A stretch of DNA of 62,929 nucleotides, the filler included, from Choristocarpus tenellus KU-1152 (taxonomy: Eukaryota > Protista > Phaeophyceae): NCBI GenBank assembly GCA_964200185.2. It is 8 parts of 8 records of this genome, joined end to end, with 100 filler letters (N's around TTAATTAATTAA, not from the genome) between each part and the next. Parts side by side here need not be neighbours in the genome. Positions count along the whole stretch, not along the records: positions 23,521 to 33,475 come from CAXNAD020003250.1; positions 33,576 to 42,576 come from CAXNAD020004097.1; 6 more parts are not named here. One strand, written 5' to 3'. A program made the position numbers and the translations under genes. The first letter of the stretch is position 1, and every line of letters starts with the position of its first letter. Positions 23,607-38,384 of the stretch are shown here, piece by piece. The notes beneath the pieces were generated by a model. The model saw only the letters and a program-made list of their open reading frames with translations, made no database searches and was not told where the DNA came from.

Positions 23607-26600
23607 AGCCAAGAAACCAAAATATATTTCTATCATACACATGGATGGTTCAATTTAATCTTTCTATACTACTGCAATATTTCAGCAACAACAGAAATTT
23701 GATTTAGTGACATCCACTAGTCGTAGGTAAGCCCCTCTGTCTACCTTAATCACTTGAATTGATTGGTGAACAAGTGGTCTGATGTTGATCACTCTGCTGC
23801 TCTCACTGCTAAGTCAAAATTTATTGTCTTAATGGTCTAGACTGGCGTGACTGGCATGACTATCGTGACTGAAATAGTGTTCTCAATTTGTGTTGCTTTC
23901 AAACCAAGTGTGACAAACTTTAGTGGTATAGGTTGCTCGAAAGCCAACAATCCTTGTGTAAACTCTGCTGCGACATCGATATTTTTTATGGGGTTATTTC
24001 CTGTCACATGGGATGCGACAGACAAGCAGCAAAGAAAAGAGAAATGGGTTGTCGACATGGTCTGGAAGTAACCACCCCCAAGTTTTCAAAGATCCAAAAA
24101 CTCACTATGTGTTCGCCTCATGACCACGATTGTGCTACTCTTCCGTTTCTTCTCGTAGCACTGTTAGAACGCCCTGCAGGAAGGGGACATGGGAAAAACT
24201 CTTTAGCTCGAGTTATTTTTCGTTCAACCATTGAAAATGTTGAATTATGTGCAGGTGATGAAGTAGGCCCAGTACAGAAGCATTTCTTACTAGGTGTACT
24301 AATGAGGTAAGGTGAAATAATGGCCTTGTATGTTCAGGCATTGTAAGCATACCATGTTACTGCCGTCACCACGATTCGAATCAAAATAATTCCTGTTGCA
24401 CTTGTTAGAAATTACGTAAGTGTTACACCGAGTTCTAGTAATTTACCCGTTTCTCTTACAACTTCGAAATTCCAAACGACAATATTCTGTCCAAGGAAAA
24501 AGGCAATGAAACTCCAAGCTGTGGCTATTTCCATCCAAAAGGCACTCCTCTCTTGCCATCTCAACACTCAAAACATCAAGAGGCCTGAAACAGCACAATA
24601 AAAGCCTCCTAATATCCCGCAACCCTGCTAGTTGTGCATCGACAACAGGGCTGAAAAGCTCAATATAGATTTCGCCAAAAACAATTTTTTGGCATATCCT
24701 AAATGCCCAAAAGTCCCCATGCACCGATTTCCCTCCCACCCAACCAAAAGGCACTAAAAGCTCTGCCCAATCCCTATTGCTCTTTGCTCCATCGTGAGAG
24801 CCCTGGGAAATAGCTCTGCGAGTCTTCATCCGCATCACCAGCAACCGTGTTCAGAATGCTTCTCCCACTTGGTAGAGACAAATATTGAGTATATCAAATG
24901 CGCGGGGTCTGTGTCTGTCTGGTATGGATGCTGATAGCAATATGCATTGGCTCTGATCCAGATGCAGGACGAGGAAGGCTACTATTTCTTCAGCCACAAT
25001 GACACTATGAACCATTCAGGATTGCGGACATTTCTTACAAAGTCATCGACGAATGTGTTATTGAATGGGCGCGAAGGTGTTGCTACTTGTTTAAGAAAGA
25101 TTATATGCTGCTGGTCAATGACTTCACAATAAATGCCCTCAATTCTTTGTGCTTCGTAGCGTTTTGAAGGAGCAAATTGTAGCCTTTCTCGTCCTACATC
25201 GGAACCAGAGTCAATGCAACAAGTACTACCATCTTTGTCGTTGTCTCAAAAACTGTTCACCTACGTTAGTGATTTGCAATGTAGAAAGGGATTCCTAGTA
25301 GAGGTGGCTGTGGTTGGGTTGATGCAGGACTAAAAATTGCAGATTAATAGTAAGTGGAGTAGGGTGCGAAAGGAACACACAGAGAAGATATGAATGAACA
25401 TACGGACTGTGACACCTTAGCTTCATCAGTATCAGATAGAACTATTATTTTTTTCATTTGAAATATGTTTAGTGTATTATGAATTGAGGAGTTGTAGCTG
25501 GTAGTCTAGTAGCCTAGTGCACAAGACAGATAGTTAACAACACATGATTATGGGTCTGTACACCCTGCAATAACTGCTTCGCCCCTTTCTGCCACGTAAG
25601 AATCAGGTATAGCCCACCCAGGGTACTCACAACGATGTTCAAGCCTTTCAGTCTTATATCCTGTTCCATCCTGCCCGTTTCCCAGTCCTCTAATTGGCAC
25701 AATACAGTGACTTTCCCTGCCATCTCTAACATCCTGTCGTTGCTCCAGTCACAATAGCCTACACAACCTCCTTGTTCAAACCAAGATTTTTGTTCTACTT
25801 AGTTCTTCTCTTTCTTCTATGTTCTTTTATCCTTATCCCTTGCTTCCTCCCCCTCCTACCCCCAACGTCTTTAACGCCACTGAACTCTGAATTGATACAA
25901 AACGTGGAACATCCCCAAATTACTACTACTAACAACACTCCTGTCTCCAGGCTTTGTCTAAAGGATGACAACCATGCCTGGAGATGTTGATACACCGGGC
26001 TCTAGGAAAGCCAACTGTGGTGATAACATTTTCCCCCAACGCCTGATAGATACCTACGACAGACAATGGTACGCCTAATCTCAAAGTTGAGGGGTGACGT
26101 GTGACGAAGGCAGGGACCAGTAGAAGAAGCAGTACGTGTACGTTGTCTGGAGTGTCAAGATCTGCTCTACTAAGCAAAAGTGTGGGCCCTGGAAAGTCAC
26201 TTTTACTGGTGCATGTCACTAAAACTGCATGTGTGGGAGAGGTAACATCTCTGACACTTCGCTGCAATGGACAGGAAAGGGGTGCTTTGAAGAGAGCCAA
26301 AACCCTGACCAGAATGTGGCTTTGTTGGTGCACTCAATAAAGGGTGTCAACTGCCCATCGCATGTAGCCAACCCCCCCAAAACTTATTGCTATACATGTA
26401 TACCTTCAACACTTGATTAATCTGTACGTTATATTTTCAGAAAATTAACGCACGTACTTTGATATACATGCGCGTATCGCATATTTTACGTGGGTGGTTT
26501 GAGGATTTTTGTTGTTGTAAGCTCATATGAACCAGGTAAGAATGGTTGTGATATGTATGCGCATTGCTATATCGAAATGCTTTCCTTGAAATGCATCCCC

Positions 26601-27631
26601 TGCCAATGGCTCTAAAGCGACAAAGGTGGAGATATTTGTTAAGTTTTGCCATTCATATAATAATTATAATATATGTTGAGATAGTCGTGGCAAGACTCAC
26701 AAGTTACAAGGTCACGAAGGCCCCGAAGATGAAGACCTGAGTCGGAAGAGTGGTTGGGCAGACTCCACGGTCGGTTTGAAGCACTGGAATGGGCCGTGAC
26801 ATTTACTCTGCTAGGTGTTTTGGCCATCCTAGAGGATGTTGCTGGAAGATTGGTGACCTATTATGTTCAACTTGTTCTGGAAGACCCAGGAACAGATTCA
26901 GATAGATGGAGGAGTCTTACATTGGGGTAACTGGGTCGGGCATTGGGGAGATATACGATGATAATGAGGAAACCATTCGGGTTCTATTTATTCTCATCAG
27001 AAGGAACGCAAAGGAGAGGCTACCCATCAAGTACGAGCGAACTTGTAGGAGTGGTCAAAACTAACTACAGAACCAACAAGAAGTAGTGGGATCTGGTGTT
27101 GTTGTTATTGTAACTGGAAGATCTTCAAAGTTTATCAACAGTCCTGTCAACCTATACAAACAAACTCAACCAATCGTTTCACAGCACACTAATATTATTA
27201 CCAGATAATCATCAGGCTCTGATTGAAACCTACAACACCCATCATCCTTAGTTAACTTCAACCCTTCTTAACTTATATCTACCTACTATGGGTTAATCTC
27301 TGACTCTGAGTTGGTGTCTGATTTTGTGGTCCCTAGTTGGAAACGACGAATCTGCACTTCTTATCTGGGTTACCCTTTTGTTGTTTTGGTAGGAAGAAAC
27401 AAAATGGGCAAATTGGACGAAATCAATACGGTTTGGGGGAAGGAGATTGTATATGGAAAGAAGATGGATTTCCAGATCTTTACTATTATAGCATCGATTA
27501 GGGATACGATAATACGATACGATCGATTGGAGCTTATCATACGATTATAAGTATCGACTACATTATCATATTTCCCATCTCGTCCCAAAGTGTGGGAGTG
27601 TTGTGAAGCGCTGTAGAGCCTGGAAGGGAGG

Positions 27632-28648
27632 ATGAGGACCCTATTTACCCTGTTCATTGTACGCCATGGTGAAACAACGGCCAACAGGTGGAAGAGCGAT
27701 GAAGTGAGAACAAGATCAATGGTAAGTACATGATTTTAAACATCTCTAACCTCCCTCTATATACGCATCCTACGTTGTTGCAGGGATAAGATCATTCAGG
27801 GGCAACAGAACTATCCTCTCACAGGGCATGGGGAACTGCAAGCGAGATTGGTGGCGGGTCGTCTTCGAAGCACTAAATTTTGGAGGGCATACAGCTCAGA
27901 CTTGACGAGGGCATCTCGTACTGCAGAATTGATCCTGGAGCACCACAAAACCCTCACCTTGAACACCTCACGCCGTCTACGCGAGTACAACCTCGGGGTA
28001 CTAGAAGACTTGCCTCGGGGCACTAGCAAGTACGTCCAATGGTCAAATCGCTGAAATGAATCTATGTGGTATCCCATATGTACGTACTCTGTGCGAGAAA
28101 GGGTCCTGCCAGAACAACAGCACGTAAGAGGGTGCTGTACGATAGACAACCAATGCCACCCCCCTCACCCATCCTTCCTACTGTTACATCTCTTGCAATT
28201 AATGTGGTGCAAAAGGGGAGAAGCTATTCGCATCAAAGCTGCTCGTGCAGGCATCCCCGCAGCAGCGTATGTCGGAACAGCTTGCGAGTCTCAGGCGGAT
28301 ATGATAAACCGTTGCCAGGCCTTCCTCGACGAAGTGGTGCATAGTGTGAGAGAGGCAGCCCAGGGAGGAGACGAGGAAGCAAAAGCTGCACCCGCTGTGC
28401 TCTGTGTTTCACATGGAGGTTTCATCTATGCCTTATTGGTTATGGTACTGGGACTGGGGAAGTCAGTAGTAGATCTTCCGGGCAACTGCTCTCTCACTAT
28501 TGTTGATGTGTTGGACGAAGATGAGCAGGATAAAGTGGGGAGAGCCCAGAGGAGACTCTCGTTCGTTGCAAGGGTGGTAAACGATTTGTCTCACATCACC
28601 GATGTGGGGGTGCACATAGATAAAAACGCTGTTGAGAACTTTGCATGA
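27632..28648 (+). CDS. Histidine phosphatase / phosphoglycerate mutase family protein (TIGAR/GpmB-like), complete, 244 aa
   Basis: join(27632..27687,27784..28029,28216..28648) is in phase and totals 735 nt; motifs VRHGET, SSDLTRASRTA, LREYNLG, VSHGG, NCS, NDLSH. Confidence 0.93.
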
Positions 28649-31600
28649 AATGCACTCGAGTTTTCCCTGTACCATATATATATATATATCTAGTAGATGC
28701 AAGGAACACCTTTAGAAGAGAATTAAGTACAATTGAAGATGCGAGGTGAAACCGTTGTCCTTTGCTGTGTTTGAATGAGCAAGTCTTTTGCCACGATTTT
28801 CTTCCACAGCGTACTCACAAGGGATTCAGTTCTGAACTGAGATACAGAAAGATCTCATTATTAATAGTGGCAGGAGTATTGAATTGTTCACGTATTTTAG
28901 CTCTACTCTATTTGGGCTAGAGCTCTACACTTTTACAGATGTGAGATCAAGAAAATTCGGATCCCTGTGCTTTCAGACTCTCTTGCCAGGTATATTGAAA
29001 ACTTTTGAGAATACTACTACTTTGGAGTCCAACTATCCCACAGAACAATGAAGTTGGTGGAGAGAGGCAGTGAGTGCTTTGTTCATGCAGTGATATGAAC
29101 GGTGTTGAAGAATAATGAACAGGACCAATCCGAGGGTCAGGGGAGTCAGCAGAAGTCCAGGACCAGATTCAAGCCCATATACAGGGCCCAGCAAAGTCTG
29201 TGGCTCATGGTCACTTTGGTTGTGATTTGCTTCCTACACCCATTGATCAAGCTCAAATCAGGGCGAGGTTCATTATTGCGTCTGTTTGGTGTTCTATACT
29301 AAAAAGTGTTTGCATACCATCCTGTGATTTATTTGGGCTTAAATGTTAAGCTGTCTCTTGCTCGACTAGTTGTAGGATCCCTTTTGACTTAGCCTTCGCG
29401 GTTGGTTTGCCACTGCGTTGCTGCGTAACTCGTTCAATGTCACTGCAAGGGCAGCATAAACTGCATAGACTACACTGGAATTGTGAAGTCATGAACAAAC
29501 ACTTGATTAACTACACATGTGGTGAAGAAGTCTTTATACTTCAAAGTGCAGTACATCAGAATGGTAGTCTACCGTCTGAGGTGTTTCAGATCGTACACTT
29601 TGAACTATAAATTGGTTCCTTGCTCCGTGACAATGCACATGTTGATAAAGGGTGATCTCACACTGTAGAAAATGTCAGTGTAAGGCTGATCTTGCTCGAA
29701 ATGAGAGATTAGTAAAGACGAAGGTACGATAAGAACAATACAATTGGATGAAGAGAACAGGCCCTACAACACACAGTCGTACCTTGAAATGCTACAATCA
29801 GTACCCAATGTACTGCGCAACAATATTTATGACAAACAATTTTTGTTCAGGCTCGTCCGATAGAAAGCAGGAAGGAGATCGGATTGATTTTTTTTACTTG
29901 TCAAGAGGAGGTTCAAGTGCTTCCGAATGAAAGCTTAAGGTGTGTAGATCACAATGTGCTGTGTGGGTAGATTACGTTACACTTGGTGAGGACTCTTTTT
30001 CAACATTCGCATCTCTTGCCTGTTGAGGGCGTTGTTTACCTACTCTAGGCTCTATACCTTGAAGTGTACGTTGTGTTGGTTAGCAGAGTGCAGTTGACTG
30101 TCTAGGAGTGCTGCTCGAGAGTCCTACAATAAAGCATCATAGTGCTACCTTAGGACTGCTTATACCCCAGCCTTTGCTCTCGACGACCTGTCACTGTTCC
30201 GAACAACACAACACACTCACAACTTATCTAGGAACAAATTCCATATGTTGCATTCTCGCTTGTTTGCCCCCCCCTCCTCCCTATTGACTAACGAAACACT
30301 TCACCTGCCATCAACCACTAACAATAAACCTCATCAACGACAAAGGACTTCGCTTTCTACTTCATTGCGACCAAATTCATTGTGATAAACGTTTGAATAT
30401 CTTCAACAAGTGTGCAGAACACCAAACCATTGCATCACACCCTACGTCTATCATTCACTTCGTGGAATTTATATTCCTTCTCATCATTTCCTCTGCAGTT
30501 CATGATTGTTTCAGCGCTAAGTTACTTCCCCCTGTTGTGATTATCCAGTAGTGCAAATGCTCGAGGATGAGGGCGGATGGTGATGCAATAAGGTATGCAA
30601 GACTTAATTGACTGGATCTCTGATTTTTTTTATTACTGCTTGAAGGTTGATCCATTGTAATTAATTTGACTGAATGGTGATCACTGCTACGTGGGGCTCG
30701 ACTTTGCCAGAAATTCGAACCCTTTACATAACCTGTAATGTAAAATAACCTTCACGGTAAAACCCGTCAGGGATGACAACGACCCAATCAGAAAAGGCCT
30801 GGTATGTGCTGAACATTCACAGCCTACAGAGGAGGGACCATTGCCTATAATCTGACTATAAACTGAGCCATGACGTTATGTATTACTGTGGCAATTGTCT
30901 ATGTGCCACGAAATATGCAGCAAGTTGCGCATGTATGGTCAGGACTGGCAACCTTTGGTTACTGGGCGGAGGTGGGGATGTTCCATTGTCTCTTTTACAG
31001 TTATTTGTGGAAGCTGTGTAGCAGTAGCAGTAGCTGGGAGCCATTTCAGGTTGTTGGTTGGAGAGGGTGTGGTGCACTCGCTCAAAAAAAGTTACCTCAG
31101 TTACAGAGGGATGAAGTCGTAGTTGTTTACATAGATAAGCGTCAATACATCGTACGAAGTCGTGTTCGTATGACAGATTATATCAACTATACCGTATGGA
31201 AGGGCTCTCGGTCTTGACCGTGTTGAGGTCTTGTCTAACCGACATCACTAGGGCTTAGGAATAGCTTCAACTCGAAGAAGAGGAGGAGGATGTAGTCGAG
31301 GCCTTGGGGCAGGACCTCAGGGATCAGCTAGTGGAGGTAGTTAGTGTTACAAAAGTACCCCGAGTAAAACCAGGGAGGAAGTGGGCAGAGGAATGTCAGA
31401 AGATCAGAGGAAGACACGAGAGGACGGTGATGGTGATGCTACGATGGTGACACTGTAGGGGCGAGTCTTCCTTTACCTCGCTTTGTTGGAGTGGCACCGC
31501 ATTTTCTTGAATTGGAGGCAAAGGCGAAAGGGAGTGGAATAGATGGGGCTGACAAATTGCTGGGCAAGGAGGGAAAAAAATGAGTTCTTGGGCGCTTTTG

Positions 31601-33679
31601 CTTCGAGACCTTTGAGAACCACAAATATATCAAGGATCTCTTTGGCTGATCGGTGTTGGTTCAGATCTGCTTACCCCTTAATTAATTCGCCTCATCATTT
31701 CGAATTTTAAACATTTACAAATCGGCAGCAAACAAATAATGGGAGTGACGTATTGTTGTTGTAGAAGTATTTCTAATATTTATGTCTATAATTGAGGTAG
31801 GGAAACAAAAAAGAAATATAAAACAAATGTCCTCCACTTCAAACATGTCGTTTCAATCCTCTGGTAATATACCAGACTCAGACCATAACATAATTGGTGG
31901 GGCAGCTGGTCCTCCTTTGGCATGCAATGAAACATGAGGGGGTGAGGAAGGATATAGTTCGGTGATGGTAACATACTCTAGAGTATATATGGTTCTGCTC
32001 TCTCCGTAATAATATTACAGGAACACAAGGACGGACCTGAGTAACTAATGAATTGATGAACATGTGGACCACACTTCATTTTAAAAGTGGAATTTGGACA
32101 GTAAGGTGAGACCTATTTTGGGTTGCATAGGAAAGCCTTAAAAGGGACATCTACTACTCTTATCATTATTTTTTTTAATGCATCCCATGATTCTAAGGGA
32201 TCCCAGACTCGAACATGTATCCAAAGAGGGAAATACACACTGCTTGAGAAAAGGCAACAACGACCAAAAAAGAAAAAGAAAACCGTTGGAAGACAAGAGA
32301 GAAGAGAAAAGAAAGAATAGATTCAATAGCAGAAAAACATCACCCAAAAACGTAAGGTGAATAAAAGAAAAAAATGGACAAAAAAGGGTGGAAGACAAGT
32401 AAGCTTAAAATGAAAACACAATTCAGTGATGATGGTGGTGTCGGTGGGTTGGGTAACCTTAGCTGGTCCTTTTGTGTGATTTGAACATTTCCTTATCACA
32501 GCTTCCTTAAAATGACATTTGACCATGAACCTTGTTGTCCTGTCAGTCACACACCCAGATCAATTCAGTTGGTTAGTGGCCCTCGTGCTCCAACCTTAAA
32601 CTCCAATTCCAAACAAAACTCGTCAAGGTTGCCTTGGGAGGCATGTAAGTCACCAGATCTTCTCCTGTCCACCTTATTTCCGTTTTCCACCAACAAGTTC
32701 CCGAAGCATCGATACCTCCAGAAGTCACTCATTCCCCATGCTAGCAACTAACCCAGCAAATAGGGGCCTTAAGCTTGCACACAGGGGCATCAATACTCTC
32801 ACACCCCGTCTTCATGAGAGCATCTTTATAGGATAGGACATGATTGGCGCATTCCTGTTTGTTTGGAGAAAACTATGTAAGAGAGGAAGAATTTGTGGTG
32901 GTGGCTGTAGAGCTTCAATTAATGAGCCTCGTGGAGTGTCATGTCATACAACAATATTATAACAGAATTTCTAGTACTTCAGTTTGAGCAATCGAATCTT
33001 ACTCTTAATTAAGACACCTGAGATCCTGTCATAAAGTACTTTGCTGCATTTTCGAAATAATGTGAAGCTTTCTAATCTTCCGACTGATCTCAACAGTACT
33101 AGTGTTACAGGCGATATGTCTTGATGGCGGTTTCATAAACACCATTATGACATTGAAGTTCTAGATTTGATATGTTTGTACTTCTTGACTATTTATTTAT
33201 CATTTGGTCATTATGGTCCCCGATTGTGATAAGACATCGTAGACCAGTTCCTTTTTATAGGATGATATTGATTATAATCCATGTGAGAGATCCAGAATAA
33301 CACCTCTCGTTTGCTTTAGCTCGTTATTGAGTGGATGTTTACCCCAGAATATGAGCTGTTTAAGTACTATAAGAGAGAGTCCTGGCTGTAACATGATGTT
33401 ACAGGCGACCCCGAAAGCTTACCTCTGCAGGATGTATAGCTCCAATCTACGGGCCTATAGATGATACTAATGTACNNNNNNNNNNNNNNNNNNNNNNNNN
33501 NNNNNNNNNNNNNNNNNNNTTAATTAATTAANNNNNNNNNNNNNNNNNNNNNNNNNNNNNNNNNNNNNNNNNNNNCATTGTATGCTTCCCCAAGACTCTC
33601 TTCATTACCCTGCCTTCACATAAGCCGCCCCCCCCCCCCTGCATTACCTACTGCTTCCAAAGACGTTACTTCAACCCAG

Positions 33680-35214
33680 GTTGCACTTGAGGGTACTCAA
33701 GTTGCTGATAGTGGTGATAAGCATGTGACATCAGTGCGTGCATTGATGTACACAGCAACCACTGACAACCCCAACTTCTCTCTTTCCAAGTCGTCTGAGG
33801 AAGCTGCTATGGTCATTGCTCAGGCCAGAGGTCCACGTGGCCCAAACTATGAATACCTGTTTTCCCTTTGGGAGTACCTTCACAAGGTAAGAAATTACTT
33901 TCTTTTTCCACTAGGCATTACAATGACGCTATTGCCGGAGCAGAGGATGCACCCCATTGGCTGTATGGGAGATGCAGACCTTGTTATTGGTCTATATGTC
34001 TCTTTTTATTGAATTCTTCCCACTACTCAAGCTCTTTGTTACTATATCGTGGTGTGGTGATGTCTGCACCCTGAGGAAACATTAGAACTAGTTAGTTTTG
34101 TTCTTGAACAATTAGGCGATACACACTCTCTCTCCCCTACTACTTCCAAAGTACTAATCCTTTTCCACTCCAAGTATCCAGTAGTGGTGAGTGCAGAGTT
34201 GATCCTTGGGCTGGTGCACTACCTATATTTCTACATGTCAAGTGTTTCCTTGACACAAGGGGTAGTGATATTGTCAACGGCATTATGGGACTGGTAAAAG
34301 GTGATGGCTATTGCAGTCGGTGTGCATGGGGTAAACAGGTGCAATATGTATGTATTGAGGTAGTTAGCAGGAAACACACTGTCATTCTGTCCTTGTACCT
34401 ACCGAACATGTACTCGGAAGCTAATGTGTCTGAGATGTATGTACCCTCTGCTGTATTACCCTTGTCTCCATGCAGTGGAACAAACAGTCCAAAGTATTTT
34501 CATATTGTATCTGAAGTTGTAATGCAAAATGTAGAGCACCTTATTGCAGCCTTGCCGTGTTCTGTATCTGTCAAGGCCCCTCACAGTAGCAGCAGCATTT
34601 GTGACACATAGCAGAACCAACAATTTCTTGTCGATATGACAGAGGATAATCACTTTCTCAACAGTACTGCCGGCAAGTAGATGCTGCACTGAAAGGGGTG
34701 AGTCGTTGACCAAAATATGGCAGTGATTGAGAGACCCCAAACCCATACTCTAAATGCCATTTTCTCAAACAATAGCAATATCCCCCAGTAATTCTAGAAG
34801 CCTACTATTGAAGCAAAAGGGGTCTGTGGGTAGATGTGCCTCTTACTTGGCTGGCGTGGAGTTTACGATTTCGCCTAGCCTTTCAGAGTTGGTTCAATTT
34901 TTTTTAATGCTGATCGATTTCTCTCGTCGTTTCACTTTTTTCAACATCATGTTGTGACCTCTTGGTCATAGCTCAGTGTTTAGAGATGTGTACAAAAATG
35001 CTGACAAGGTATATTGTACAAAGTATTTCAGAGCTTGTCCCTCTTAACTATTCGAAGTGCTTTAATAATATGCGATTCATCACTCCTCTCCTGTTTGTTG
35101 TTGTGCCTCCTCTATGCCGTTAATTCAAATTTTCAATCCTTGGAGATGGGACATCCTGACCCACATATTGATGACCTGACAGCACTTGTGCGCCAATTTA
35201 TGGGAATTTCCTGA
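33680..35214 (+). CDS. chaC: ChaC-like glutathione-specific gamma-glutamylcyclotransferase, last two exons (5' part missing)
   Basis: Exons 33680-33886 (ALMYTATTDNPNF..IAQARGPRGPNYEYLFSL) and 35146-35214 (MGHPDPHIDDLTALVRQ..stop), phase 0; ChaC C-terminal GPxGxNxEYL motif. Confidence 0.85.
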
Positions 35215-37395
35215 GGCTCCCGTGTCAAGATTATGCTTGACCATTTATGAGAATATGATTGGAAGTATTATTTTATATACGCACAGAAGATAATGCGGAA
35301 CATTCGGGATATTTAGGCGGGGTATTTGATCGGNNNNNNNNNNCCCACCTAGTGCAGGTATCTCACTCTCTTCTTAACTGTGGTACAAGTTAATAAACAA
35401 TAATATAACTAGTTGTGTGGGACAACAGATCGTCAAGGACAGCTTAACATCCCGCATTGGGGTGAGAAAGTGAGGAGGCCAACTGAGATGGGTGCCTAGC
35501 AGGGGGACCAATGGTAAGACTCACTATACTCCTGGAGGAATGAACATGCCCCACAACTGTGGACAGAACCATGACCCGGTCCGTGTGGATTTGTCTTTTG
35601 GTAGGCATGAATTGTATGCGTAAGCCAAGTGGGGTTACAACCCAGCAGGTCAATGGCCAACAGGAACTAAGAGGTTAGAAAGAAGGCTTGTACTTTTGCC
35701 ACCTGTCTCAAACTTTTGGTATCAAGTACTTCGCAGCATTATTTTTTTTTTAAATAGGGATTGACAGCAGCAATTGCTCCTACTGTTCGGTGCAAATCTT
35801 ATTGCTGTTTTTTTTTAATGGAGCACCCCAGCTGGAGGGTTGAGCGTTTGGGGGCTCAATTTTTCCTGTATTTTTTGAAGACAGGAAATTTAATTTGGGA
35901 CTTCCACTGACTTTCCTTCCCTCTTAGAATGTTGGGACCAACACGCCTCTCCAAATCAAACTGGTTTGGTAGGGTACAATAGTTGAATCTGTTTCCACAT
36001 ATGTTGAGAAGGGAATTCTCCGAACAGCGTTTTTGCTTCTTTTTTTATATGAGCAAACAAATGGACTGAAGATAATCTGTTACTGATTTTCCAGATTTGT
36101 CGTGGTTTAGTGTCTAGGTCACAATAGGTCCACATCTTTCCAAAGCATACCTTTCCTCGTCAGAGGAGGTTCTCTCAGGCAGAGAGAGACTTGGTATTGG
36201 GAAGCCATCTGTATAGGGAGGACTGTGGTATACTAGGAGGACCTCTTCCTACAACTGCATCAACCAATTTTGCTGTGGATGTGAATATGATGTATTCGTT
36301 TGACACACTTTTTGAAGGGTTGTTGCATACACCCTTGACCTAAAATAGCCTTTCAGACACAATGTATAAGGGAGATGAAAAACTGGATGGTGTGATTGTT
36401 GCCCAGACAGAGGAGATTTGGGGCGTGTTTCTTTGTTTATTGATCATACCTCTGCACCAAGAATGCAGAGGACTTCCAAGACTTGAATGTAGTATAATGT
36501 AGTATGCAGCATGAAGACCCTTGAAGTTGTTCAAGGCGAATAGGCTGCATTTCAGTTTTCAGAGGCACTACTATGTCAGATCTGAAATGTTGGTTTGTGT
36601 CCGTGACAGTCCCATACATGATACATGAGGGTGGGCTAAGCATTTCTTAAGAATCTCCTAGCAGAGGCTTCCCCCCATTTTATTGCTGTTAAGCTACCGC
36701 AGACAAGGAGTCAAGAACTATCAATGGAATATAGTTACGAGCTCTGGAATGCATAAGCCATATTCACACAGTTGGTCTTTAGAAATGTGGAAGCAAGCAG
36801 CATGTCTGTTCATTTCCCCCCATTGTGTTGCAATGGTTTGTCGTACGAATATCCCTCTTCTCTTGTTAATTTAGTGACATTCAACTGACTTAGTGTACTT
36901 GATTCATTTTCACAATACTGTTACCATCATAGAGATCATCCTTTTTCTTCACCAGTCATGAAAGGTCAAGTTTCATTTCATTCCTAAAACATTAACCAGA
37001 GGGAACTGCAACAACCAGGGTTTTAAATATGACCCATTTTGGGAGTGGGTGGGTTGCTTTACCTGGTCCAGAAATATTCAGCTCACAAAGCAACTGGAAT
37101 TGGTACTGGTGATCTGGGATACACTATCAACACTTATATGCTAGTTACACACCATACTGCCGACTAAACAGAAAAGCATTTAAAATGCTGTTCACAAATC
37201 TACCTTCAATTCAGAGTGGACTTTGTTGAACAACATGTTCAAATTAATAGGGTGGGGAAGTATTGTGGAATGAATAGTACTATGAAAGACACAACTAATC
37301 ATTCGATGACATAAATCATACAACAATGGTACTGCTTTTTGGCAGTTGAAGAACACACTTTGGAGAGCATGAAGTAGTGTTTTCTTAGAGTATCT

Positions 37396-38384
37396 TCAAG
37401 GGGATGATGATATCTCACAGAGAGACACCTTCCACAAGAGCAGGCTGAAAGCTGGGTCTCGTATCGTTGGGGCGACGGAGTAGGCCCCTAAGGCAGCCCT
37501 TGAAGATGGCCAGTAAGACAACAACTCCTCATCATCCATGTTTCGAAACCTGTCTCAAGCAGGTTGAGTGAGCAATTGAGTTCCTCCAAGGTGTCAATTA
37601 AACATGCACCCACAAAGATACAAGTTGTGACAGACAGGAGTAGGTACGGCACATCCATCTGAACAACTCACATCACAAGTACATGATAAAATCACAATTG
37701 GGAAATTGGACTTCTCAATTCTCAACTCATTTCCATCACAAACCACTGTACTACAGTGAGTTTATGCAAACATTGCAATTATGTACTGCAAAGATTGGAG
37801 TCACGGAGGGCTTAACTCACAGTATTGTTTCAATACAAATGGTCGTATAAATTTCATTCAATTCATGCTATAATATTAGGTGTTCATCCCTCCCCTCTCC
37901 TACCTAATAGTCACAAAAAGAGAGAGGTGAACAGCGGAAAAGAGAAACCTTACCACACACATCGCCACAAAAGCACCTAGAAGTACAGAAAAAGCCCCAG
38001 CAATAAATGAAGAATTGCTTGTAAGAGAAACCTCAACCAGAGCATTTTTTTTTCATTTTTTGTCCACTGTAGCCCTGAAATAGGCTATCACATGGAGACG
38101 TGGTGATAAAATGGGCAGGACCTCTAATGGAAAGTTCCTTACCTGTTAACATCATGCAGCATGGCATGCATTGCTCTTGCTTCAGACGGACCAACGTAGT
38201 GAAAAGAGATTGTGTCTGCAGCACAACATTCCACACCAGACTTCCATCCAGGCTCACCAGTCTCTACCTGCATCCCATTCCCACCCTGTCCGCCCTCTAT
38301 TGGGGGGTGGAAATTTTTATACCAGTCATCAACATCACCACGAGCAAGTCTCACTGGTCCGTATACATTGAATCGTTGCCCCCC
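37396..38384 (-). CDS. GT31-family glycosyltransferase (C1GalT/fringe-like), C-terminal exons (partial)
   Basis: Exon 38143-38384 (GQRFNVYGP..DDWY..GVECCAADTISFHYVGPSE) carries the core-1 beta3-galactosyltransferase CC..ISFHY motif and joins in phase to terminal exon 37396-37549. Confidence 0.75.

Noticed and set aside
24170-24205. P-loop-like PAGRGHGKNS
   Set aside because: It is not a proper GxxxxGK[ST] motif and there is no supporting NTPase context
25500-27050. Possible additional copia fragments
   Set aside because: Only faint similarity (ESEEW..FEALE..TFTL); no diagnostic motif to support a call
13891-35214. Redox/stress gene cluster (NOX, TIGAR-like, ChaC, with PARG nearby)
   Set aside because: Each gene lies on a different contig separated by artificial linkers
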